NCBI GenBank assembly: GCA_031414955.1
Contig: JANOQV010000301.1
Coordinates: 1-39,803 of the forward strand
Direction: 5' to 3'
Length of the DNA stretch: 39,803 bases
Origin: Pedosphaera sp.
GTDB taxonomy: Bacteria > Verrucomicrobiota > Verrucomicrobiia > Limisphaerales > SIBH01
The notes below the pieces were generated by a model. That model was not told the DNA's origin. It ran no database searches and was given only the letters and a program-made list of their open reading frames with translations. Position numbers and translations under genes: made by a program. Positions 1 through 10,757 of the stretch are shown here, one piece after another; positions within the stretch are counted from its first letter, which is position 1, and each line of letters begins with the position of its first letter.

Positions 1-120
1 TGGCCGAACGCGTCCCCAGCGGCATCCCCACCGCCCTTGCCGGCTTCACTGCCCAAGCCCTCGGCATCGCCGTGGTTAAAGTGAAAAATATCAAAGATTT
101 AGAGCCACTTCGTCCCGCTC

Positions 121-2928
<2,808 letters not shown>

Positions 2929-2961
2929 GTGGCCTGCCGGAGCCAGCCGCTCCGAGGCAGG

Positions 2962-3402
2962 TTTTTCGCCGACACGTTGGACAGCGACATTGAGGGCACA
3001 CTGTATTGGACCTAACCCGGCCCGTCCGGCGCTCTGCTCTACCCGGGCGGATTCTCGAACACCTTGTCCGCCGTCGGTTCGCGTTTCGTCGCGCCGCCGC
3101 TGAACACACCCGCGTTGAACATTACCAACGGAATGGGCGTGGTCATTTTGACCGGTGGCAATCTCACCAATATCGTCACCATTCCCATCACGCTCGGCGG
3201 GAACAACCGGATCGCTGGTAGCAACGGACTGGCGCTGACCATCTCCCGGATCAACGGCTCGGTCTCCGGCAGCTTCCTCGACCCGTCAACCTCGGCCCAG
3301 CGCACCGTCAAGGGCGTCGTCCTGCGCGACCAGAATTTCGGCGGCGGTGAATTTCTCGGCCCCGACCAGAGCGGCTCCATCACCATCGGCAACGCGCCGT
3401 AG
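2962..3402 (+). pseudogene. Truncated fragment of the C-terminal domain of a secreted protein, paralogous to the end of 10758..13424
   Basis: DIEGTLYWT*PG..YPGGFSN..VGSRFVAP..GSFLDP..RTVKGVVL..FLGP aligns by eye with DVAGTLWWIKPG..YAGGFSN..IGSRYVAP..GSFLDP..RTVRGTVL..FLGP; in-frame TAA at 3013-3015; no 5' part. Confidence 0.8.
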
Positions 3403-3529
3403 GGCCGAGGAGCAAACCTCGCCTCATCTCCGCTCGCTCGGTGCCGCCAAGGCAGAGCCGGTCCTGAGGCCTCCCCGCGTACTGGCCCGAGGCCTGGCAA
3501 GCTCCAACGTCCTCTCCTCGCGTGGTCGC

Positions 3530-3557
3530 GGCGCGCTGGGGACAGCGACGCCCTCCC
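3530..3557 (-). repeat. REP-like short palindrome (degenerate GTAG type)
   Basis: Minus strand GGGAGGGCGTCGCTGTCCCCAGCGCGCC forms a hairpin; GTAGGGC starts also occur at ~3399 and ~4007. Confidence 0.35.
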
Positions 3558-3724
3558 CAGCGTGGTTGGAACTGCGGGTCGGGCCAAAGATTTGACGCCC
3601 TGCTGTATCGAAGGCAAACAGTGTTCGTCTCGTTCCGGGCCAGATTTCTGATCTCCCTGGACCACCGCAGACGGGGGAACGAATGGCAGTCGATATGCTC
3701 ACTGGAGCGCAGCCATTGCTACCT

Positions 3725-4000
3725 ATGAAATTCTCAATCGAAGTCGGCACCAACGAGAAGCACCTCATCGAATTCAGTTTCAACCAACTGCTGGGCCGGG
3801 TGGTGCTCAAGGTGGACGGAGAAGTTGTGTTCAAGAAGGCGCGCTGGTTCTCCGAGCCGCTGCTGGATCGCTACGAGTTTGAAATCGGCCAGTTCGAACC
3901 CGTCCGTTTGCGCATCGAGAAGGAGCGCAAGCTGTTCGTCGGCTCCAAGTACCGCGTCTTTTTAGACCACCGCCTGGCGCAGCTTTATCAGGGCGTCTGA
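3725..4000 (+). CDS. Small hypothetical beta-rich protein
   Basis: Protein-like ORF MKFSIEVGTNEKH... with typical codon bias; alternative start 3683. Confidence 0.7.
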   Translation: MKFSIEVGTNEKHLIEFSFNQLLGRVVLKVDGEVVFKKARWFSEPLLDRYEFEIGQFEPVRLRIEKERKLFVGSKYRVFLDHRLAQLYQGV

Positions 4001-4285
4001 TCGGATGTAGGGCGCGGGGTCCGCTTGGGAAGCTCCAACAAGGAGTCGGATGCTCCTGGTGGAGACCCGCGTTTGCGCGGTCCCAAAGGGGAACCGTGTC
4101 TGTGGCGAAGACGCGGCCCTCCAGACGTCGGCGAGGCAGGGCCGGCTGTGCTCGGGTGCCAGTTCATGAAGACGGAGAGCTAAAGATTTGCCGCTGTTCT
4201 GCCGCCGAAGTCATCAGCCCCGAACGTGTGGTTTGGGGTCAAAGTGTTTTCACCGACACCAACGTACGCACAAATGAATAAAGCC

Positions 4286-5386
4286 ATGAAGAACTGGACC
4301 GGCAATCTTGGGCAGCTTGGCCGCGCGGCTTTGGTCGTGGCGATCCTCATTCCGACGGCCCACGCGGCCAGCACTCATTCCATCACCGCGGACGCGGACG
4401 CGTATGTTCGCTCTTCGTCCGAGAAGAAGAGCTTCGGCTTCGAGCATCAGATTGAACTGCGCATGGGCGGATCGGGCGCGACCGAGGGTTACTTGCAATT
4501 CCCGCTGCCGCAATACGCCGCCTATGCGGACAAAGTGGTGCTGCGCCTCTTTGCCCAGTTGGCCGATCCAGGCGCGATGAAGGCGCTCATTCGTTCCGTG
4601 GCGGCCGCGCAGTGGACCGAGTTGGAGTTAAACTGGCAGTCCCGGCCCGAGCACAGGGACACCATCGGTGCGCTCAATGTCGTGGGGCTTTCCGGGGCCT
4701 GGTACGAGGTTGAAGTCACGACTTGCGTGAAGGCCGCAGCGGCGGCCGGACAGCCCAGCCTCACGCTCGCCCTGGTGCCGGGCGAGGAATCAAAGAACCG
4801 CATCATTATTCACTCGCGGGAAAACGCGCAGAAGAAGCCGGAACTGGTTTTCTCGCGCCAACCCCTGAGCGCGAAGATCAGTTTCCTTCCCGCCACCGCG
4901 AGTCCGCCCGCCGGTTACCTCTCGGATCACGGTGAGGCTTTCGGCCCGCACACCAATGGATTCACCTACGGCTGGAGCGAGGACATCCGTGAGCACGTTC
5001 GCGATCGGAATGAGGCGCGTTACAAGAAGGACAAGTTCCCGCCGAACAAGACGCCGGATCGCCGCTACGATTTCACGGCCTACATGGACAACGAGAAGAT
5101 GAAGGCCCCGGTCCGTTGGGAGATGGGCCTGCCCAATGGCAGCTACAAGGTGCGCGTGGTGGCGGGTGACGCGCAGAAGTACGACAGCATCTTCGGCCTA
5201 ACGGTCGAACAGATTACCGTGATCAACGGTGTGCCGGACACGAATCGTCGCTGGCTGGAAGGGACCGCCACGGTCAACGTGGCCGATGGGCGCCTGAGCC
5301 TTGGCCACACGCCCATAGCCTCGAACAACAAGGTTTGCTTTATCGAGATCACGGAAGTGGAAAACTTGTTGGCACAACAACCATGA
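4286..5386 (+). CDS. Secreted protein with DNRLRE/CBM96-like domain and a C-terminal beta-sandwich (putative carbohydrate-binding)
   Basis: Signal peptide ending AHA; ADAYVRS..YLQFPL..LRLFA..W.E..LNW..P..HSREN..KPEL pattern; second domain GYLSDHGEAFG..YGW..WEMGLPNGSYKVRVVAGD; alternative start 4274. Confidence 0.75.
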   Translation: MKNWTGNLGQLGRAALVVAILIPTAHAASTHSITADADAYVRSSSEKKSFGFEHQIELRMGGSGATEGYLQFPLPQYAAYADKVVLRLFAQLADPGAMKALIRSVAAAQWTELELNWQSRPEHRDTIGALNVVGLSGAWYEVEVTTCVKAAAAAGQPSLTLALVPGEESKNRIIIHSRENAQKKPELVFSRQPLSAKISFLPATASPPAGYLSDHGEAFGPHTNGFTYGWSEDIREHVRDRNEARYKKDKFPPNKTPDRRYDFTAYMDNEKMKAPVRWEMGLPNGSYKVRVVAGDAQKYDSIFGLTVEQITVINGVPDTNRRWLEGTATVNVADGRLSLGHTPIASNNKVCFIEITEVENLLAQQP

Positions 5387-7521
5387 ACACCTTGGGCGAT
5401 TCCAGCGGGGCCACGCCATCGGCGGGCCAGATTGTCGGTGGCGGCCAGTACAGCCTGCATGTGCCGTTGAATGACACCGGCCTGCTCTGGCTCGGCCAGG
5501 ACGAGGAGCAGCAAAGGCTGGTCGTGCTCCGGTTTTTGCCGGCGGAGTTCCGGACGGACCCTCGCGCCGTGGAATTGCTCAAGTCACGCGTGCGGGCGGC
5601 GGTGGCGGTGGAACAGGAAAACGTGTGCCGGACATGGGCGTGGTACGACGCGGACGGAGTCGATCCGTTTATCGCCACCGAATACGTCGAAGGGAAATCT
5701 TTAATCAAGGCCAGCAGTGGCGGGGCCGGGCGCGGTCTCGCTTGGGAGACGCTCCAGCCTTTGGCGGCCAGCGTGGCGTGTGGTCTGGAGGCGCTGCATC
5801 GCGCCGGGGTGGTGCATCATGGCCTCCGGCCGGAGAACATTTTCGTGGGCGCGGATGCTCGGGTAAAACTGTTGAACACAGTCGTCAGCGGCACGCTTGG
5901 TCATCCTCTGTGCGTGCCCGGTGCTCTGCAGGAGCCGTTGAAGCTGCGCTGCTTCAGCCCTCAACAATTGTCCGGAAAGCCGGCCACGACGGCGGATGAT
6001 TTCTATGCCCTGGGCGCGACCTTGTTTGAGTTGCTCACGGGCACGCCGGTATTTGGCGACGCGAATACGGTGCTTCAGGATATTCAGTCCCAGGCTGCGC
6101 CGTCCTTGCCGGAGCGGCTAACCGCCGCCAGTGCCCCGCCGGTGCCGGAGAGTATCGTGCAATTCATCACCGCGTGTTTGAGCAAGGAAGCGGCGGAACG
6201 GCCCAGGACTCTGGAATGCCTGTTGCCGCGCGGGGAAATCGTTTTGCCCGTCCAACCGGCCTCTGTCGACCAGCCCGGGGCGAGGTCCGAGAAGAAAGTT
6301 ATCCCGCTGCCGTCCACCATCCAGACGGCGGAATTGCTTGGGCAGATGCCGGCCCGTTCCGATTTGGAACTGATTCGTCGCGCCCGTGACGCCCGTCCGC
6401 GGCGCAACCACGCCTGGGCCATTGCGGCCGCGCTGGCCTTGCTGCTCGGCCTCGGTGGTGCCTGGGCCTGGTCGCATTTCGGCAAACAAGCCGTGGTCGA
6501 ACAGCAACTGACCCAGGCGGTGCTGGATGTGTCCCGGCAGCGCGAGTTGGTGGTGCAGGTCGCCCGGCAGAAGGATGCGGAACTGGAACAGGAATCGTCG
6601 GCGCGAAAAAAGTTGGAGGCCGTAGCGCGCCAGGCCCGGGAAGCGGCCCGCCTCAGCGAAGCCAGACAAAAATCCGAGACCGAGGCTCGGGCGCGTCGCG
6701 AAGAGAGCGCGCTGTTGGCGGCGCTGGCCACAAAGTCCACGAACCCAGGTCTGACGGCGAAGGCGGTCGAGACAGTTCCCAGGAAGTTTGTCGGGCCGTC
6801 CGCGCCCTCCACTGACACCAACGGTTTTCTCGCGATCTTCAACGGCCGCGATTTGGCCGATTGGGCCGGGGACACGAATTTTTGGTCCGTCCGGGACGGG
6901 TTCATCACTGCGCTGGCCCGGGCGGATGCTCCCAAGCAGCGCCATTTGCTGACCTGGGCCAAGGGCGGAGTGGGAGACTTCGAAATGCACTTCACCTATC
7001 GCTTCCGAGTGTATCGCGGCAACAAATCGCCCAATGGCGGGGTGAACTATCGACTGACTGGCACGACGAATCTCACTTGCTACCAGTTTGATCTGGTCAC
7101 GAACGCCCGGGACAACGGCTCGGTCAATGATGATCGCCGCCGCAACCGGCTGGCAGGTTTCGGTGATTGCGTTACGGCGACGTCCTCAAACAAGCACGAG
7201 GTGGTGGCGAGCCTGGGCGACACGAACAAACTGGCCGGCGTCCGCCCGGAAGATTGGAACAAATGCGTCATCATCGCCAAAGGAGATCGGGTCACGCACT
7301 ACTTGAACGGCGAACTGGTCGCGGATGTGACCGATACCAGCAAGAGCAAGCGCCACCTGACCGGAGCCATCGCACTCGAGCTTTACACGCGCAATACGAA
7401 CAACGGCGCGACGTTTCTCCAGTTCAGTGATTTGAAACTCAAGCGCCTGGGCCCGGAACCAAAAGGATCGACGCCAGCGCTGGCCAGCACAGACCGCACG
7501 GGTGGAAGCACCGGGCGGTAA
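5383..7521 (+). CDS. Membrane-anchored Ser/Thr kinase-like protein (probable pseudokinase) with TM helix, coiled coil and DUF1080 domain
   Basis: EYVEGKSL, SPQQL, DDFYALGATLFELLTG; TM AWAIAAALALLLGLGGAW; IFNGRDLADW..WN....AKG..HYLNG; ATGA overlap with upstream gene. Confidence 0.85.
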   Translation: MNTLGDSSGATPSAGQIVGGGQYSLHVPLNDTGLLWLGQDEEQQRLVVLRFLPAEFRTDPRAVELLKSRVRAAVAVEQENVCRTWAWYDADGVDPFIATEYVEGKSLIKASSGGAGRGLAWETLQPLAASVACGLEALHRAGVVHHGLRPENIFVGADARVKLLNTVVSGTLGHPLCVPGALQEPLKLRCFSPQQLSGKPATTADDFYALGATLFELLTGTPVFGDANTVLQDIQSQAAPSLPERLTAASAPPVPESIVQFITACLSKEAAERPRTLECLLPRGEIVLPVQPASVDQPGARSEKKVIPLPSTIQTAELLGQMPARSDLELIRRARDARPRRNHAWAIAAALALLLGLGGAWAWSHFGKQAVVEQQLTQAVLDVSRQRELVVQVARQKDAELEQESSARKKLEAVARQAREAARLSEARQKSETEARARREESALLAALATKSTNPGLTAKAVETVPRKFVGPSAPSTDTNGFLAIFNGRDLADWAGDTNFWSVRDGFITALARADAPKQRHLLTWAKGGVGDFEMHFTYRFRVYRGNKSPNGGVNYRLTGTTNLTCYQFDLVTNARDNGSVNDDRRRNRLAGFGDCVTATSSNKHEVVASLGDTNKLAGVRPEDWNKCVIIAKGDRVTHYLNGELVADVTDTSKSKRHLTGAIALELYTRNTNNGATFLQFSDLKLKRLGPEPKGSTPALASTDRTGGSTGR

Positions 7522-7589
7522 ATCCAGCAACTCGACGAGAGGTGGAGTTGGTGAGTTGGAATTCGGTGGCGCGTGTTACGTCCTGACCG

Positions 7590-7982
7590 TCACCCCCCAT
7601 TACTTGGCGTAATATCCGAACCGCGCGCTGCGTTGGCCACCCCGCGCAGGGCGCGGAACTCGGCGAGTCGTCTTTCCACGCCCGACAAATCCGGTCCAGG
7701 GACGTGGGCGGGCAACACCACGAAAAACATCACGCCGCTCTGATGCGTGGTCGCGATGACTTGCCCGGCCTCGAAGACCCATTGTTGTCTTTCGGCCCCA
7801 CTGGCTCCGGCGGCCTCGGCAATGGGACCGAGCCGAGGCCAGAGTTCGTTGAGCAGCGGTTCTGAGAATGTTGTTTCCCAGCTTCGGGAGAAGACGGTTC
7901 CATCGGGATATCGCAGTCCGCACGCGGCCACGCCGTTTAGTTGGGCCGCCCGGCTGAACCAGCGGTTGATCAATTCGCTCAC
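7590..7982 (-). CDS. Hypothetical protein, possibly roadblock/LC7 (MglB)-like fold
   Basis: GTG start overlaps upstream stop (GTGA); ~130 aa with LNGVAACGLRYPDGT pattern; fold is inference. Confidence 0.6.
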   Translation of the reverse strand: MSELINRWFSRAAQLNGVAACGLRYPDGTVFSRSWETTFSEPLLNELWPRLGPIAEAAGASGAERQQWVFEAGQVIATTHQSGVMFFVVLPAHVPGPDLSGVERRLAEFRALRGVANAARGSDITPSNGG

Positions 7983-9019
7983 GGCTGCGCCTCCCGCGCG
8001 CGTTGCACCAGCACCAGGGACTCCGGCTGAAATTGCAGGGCGCATTCCGCCGCCCCACCCCGGGCCGAAAAGAGCCGGATCGCGCCCAGACCGGCTGCGG
8101 ACTTGAACCAGCACGAGTCCGCCAGCACTTGGGTCAGGCGCGCGATTACGGCCTCTTGTCCAGCCGGTTCACCCGCGAGCACTTGACCCTCCGCCGAGAC
8201 GGCGAGCAGTTTAGAAGGCGTGCGAAAGAGGGTGCGCTCCTGGTCGGTCAGGATGAGCGCGGGGAAGGTGGGCGCGAGCGGCTCCGGCTCAGGACGGGGC
8301 GCGGCCAAGGCGCGCTCGGTGGACTCGTCGCGCTTCTGGGCGGCTTCCATGAGCAACATCTCCCAGTTCTGTGTGATCGTCTTCTGTGCTGGCTCGGCAT
8401 AGGGCTTCAGCCGGAACTCGCCGTCTTGGAGATTGAGCAGGTGGTAGAAAGCCGGCTCGCCGGTGAGCGAGCCGACCACGGCATGGATTACGTTGCCGGT
8501 GCGGATGGTGATTTCCCCGGACTCACGTTTGGAAAAGACTTCCAGCACCGCTGAATTCCGTCGCAGACATTCGAGTTGGAGAATGTCTTGCAACTGCACG
8601 TTCTGCATCAGGCCGCTGAAGCCCTTGGAGCGTTCCAGCGCGAGCAGTTCGTGGAGGGTCAGGAAGAGGGTGTGAAATCCTTCCGAGGAAGTGGGCTTCT
8701 CCAGCAGCACCTCCAGACCTTCCTGCTTCATCGTCTGGTGCGTCTGCTCGCTCACATGCCCGGTGAGCATCACAATGGGCATGTTTGGGAAACGCCCGCG
8801 CGCCAGCCGGACAAACTGCGAACCGCTCATCACGGGCATGCGCTCGTCCACCACGATCATGTCGAACTCATGCTCCTTGAGGGCTGCGAGCGCCTCGGCC
8901 GGATTGTCGGCCATGATGACTTCCCAGACGCCCTGGCTGGCTTGCTGCATCAATTCTCCCGTCAGTTGGAGAAACGCGGCGTCATCGTCCACGAAGAGTA
9001 TCCGTTTGATTTCGCTCAT
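7979..9019 (-). CDS. Response regulator receiver domain + DUF4388 domain protein
   Basis: ILFVDDD, VVDERMPVMSG, MLTG, EKP; GFSGLMQNVQLQDILQLEC..G.I....G.VIHA..GEPAFYHLL..GEF. Confidence 0.9.
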   Translation of the reverse strand: MSEIKRILFVDDDAAFLQLTGELMQQASQGVWEVIMADNPAEALAALKEHEFDMIVVDERMPVMSGSQFVRLARGRFPNMPIVMLTGHVSEQTHQTMKQEGLEVLLEKPTSSEGFHTLFLTLHELLALERSKGFSGLMQNVQLQDILQLECLRRNSAVLEVFSKRESGEITIRTGNVIHAVVGSLTGEPAFYHLLNLQDGEFRLKPYAEPAQKTITQNWEMLLMEAAQKRDESTERALAAPRPEPEPLAPTFPALILTDQERTLFRTPSKLLAVSAEGQVLAGEPAGQEAVIARLTQVLADSCWFKSAAGLGAIRLFSARGGAAECALQFQPESLVLVQRAREAQP

Positions 9020-10503
9020 GGTGGGGCCGCTTCCGCCGGGGCCGACGACCGCCGGGCCAGTTCCGCTGCCGCCCGGGCGCGCAAGTGATCGGTGTTGATA
9101 AACGCCAGGCCGGAACGCACGGGTCTCGGATCGCTTGGCTCCACGGTAAATTGAAATTGGACGATATTTTGCAGGGCGGTGATTTGGGTCAGATCATCCG
9201 TGGTCATGAGCTTCGCCTGGTGCTCCACCAGTTTCGAAAGGGCTTGCAGGGCAGCGGCCGCGACCTCGCCATCTCGACTCGAGACGGTCAATGCTCGGGC
9301 CGCCGCGACATCACGGATCGAGCACAGAGCCTCGGTGATGGCCGCCAGGCGGGCTGGTTCGCCGTGGGTCGTTCTGAGGGCGGCCACGAGCGGGGCCACC
9401 GAGGCGTGGCCCCAGGTGGCGGCGGTCTGCCACTGCTCCAGTTCAATCGCGTGGGCCACGGCCTGGGCGGGGTTGCTCGGCACCCATTCCAAAGATTGCA
9501 GGGCGTGCGCGGCGGCCTGGCGCACCGCACGATTCGACGTGGACAGCAATTCTTGCAACGGCTGCAGCGCGCGGATGCTTTTCGTGGCCGCGAGGCACTG
9601 GATGGCTTGGGCTTGCGTGCTCGGCCTTGATTTACGGGCGGCCAGAATGAGCGCATCCACGGCGGCGGAGCCTAGCTTTGCGGCGGCTTCCCAGCGGCCC
9701 AGGGCCACGACATGGGCGGCGTGTTCAGCCTCGGTCGCGGCCGACCATCCGAACTGGGTCAATCCCACGGCAGCGAGACCGCGCACCGATTCGTCCGCGT
9801 CTTGCAGCGCGTCCACTAAAGCAGGCACCGCGCGAACATCTCCGGACTGTTGCAAGGCCCACGCCGCAGCTTCGCGCAACAAGGCGCTGTCCCCCCGCAA
9901 GGCGGTGTTCAGCGTGAGCATGGTTGCGACACCGCTCACCAACATCGTGCGCCGTACTTTGGTGCGTTGCAGGGTCTCGCTTACCTTCGTCGCGGACTCC
10001 GCCACGGCGGCCGAGGTCGAGTGGAGCGCCGCCTTGATGCCTGGCTCCGCTTGGGTCGCAGCGACGCTGACCATCCAATGTGGCGCGTGCGTCTGGAGCG
10101 ACGATAGGGCGAGTTCACGCATGGACGCCGAGTCATCCACCAGACATTTGATGACGGCCTGGAGCAAGGAATCGCAGTGGGCGGCTGCGGCCACCGGAAG
10201 GAGCAGAATTCGCAACTCGTGGTCTGGGGAGGAAGAAATGATTTCGGCCAGCGCGGCGTCCATGGCTGGGTTGCGCGTTGCGGCGAGCGTGAGAAATCCC
10301 TGCCCGGCGGCCGCCCGCACCCGGCTATTTTCATCGTGGGTGGCCCGCTGGAGGGCGGGGATGATTCTGGTGTCGGCCTGACGCAACGCCGTCTCAATCG
10401 CCTTCTCCCGGAGCAAGGCTTGGGGATGGGCGAGAGATTTCTCCAGCATTTCCCACGAAAGAATTGGGAGAGGCTGTGCTGGGTTGAGTTCGTCAGCTTC
10501 CAT
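9016..10503 (-). CDS. HEAT/PBS-lyase repeat protein
   Basis: Repeated LREAAAWAL, AVPALVDALQDADESVRGLAAVGL, VRQAAAHAL units; ATGA overlap with the regulator gene. Confidence 0.85.
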   Translation of the reverse strand: MEADELNPAQPLPILSWEMLEKSLAHPQALLREKAIETALRQADTRIIPALQRATHDENSRVRAAAGQGFLTLAATRNPAMDAALAEIISSSPDHELRILLLPVAAAAHCDSLLQAVIKCLVDDSASMRELALSSLQTHAPHWMVSVAATQAEPGIKAALHSTSAAVAESATKVSETLQRTKVRRTMLVSGVATMLTLNTALRGDSALLREAAAWALQQSGDVRAVPALVDALQDADESVRGLAAVGLTQFGWSAATEAEHAAHVVALGRWEAAAKLGSAAVDALILAARKSRPSTQAQAIQCLAATKSIRALQPLQELLSTSNRAVRQAAAHALQSLEWVPSNPAQAVAHAIELEQWQTAATWGHASVAPLVAALRTTHGEPARLAAITEALCSIRDVAAARALTVSSRDGEVAAAALQALSKLVEHQAKLMTTDDLTQITALQNIVQFQFTVEPSDPRPVRSGLAFINTDHLRARAAAELARRSSAPAEAAPP

Positions 10504-10757
10504 CCACCTTGAGCCTGCATCGGATCATTTTGAGATAAGGAATCGGTTTTTTTCACGAGCCACTTAAGGGAATACGATCCCTGAGTGCAGGCCCATTTCT
10601 TGCGCGATCTGGTTCCGGGTGCCTCGCAGGTCCGCGCCTGTTTGGCGTCCCGGCCTCCGGCGAAACTGTTGGACCATGCACCGGACCGCGTCAGGAAGGT
10701 GCGCCGAGGCCCGGCCGAAACTTGCGGACGGCCACTCTCTGCGGCACAGTCCGCGCC

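Noticed and set aside
7522..7565. GAGTTGG repeats and a weak hairpin between convergent genes
   Set aside because: Too short and imperfect to call a terminator or repeat element
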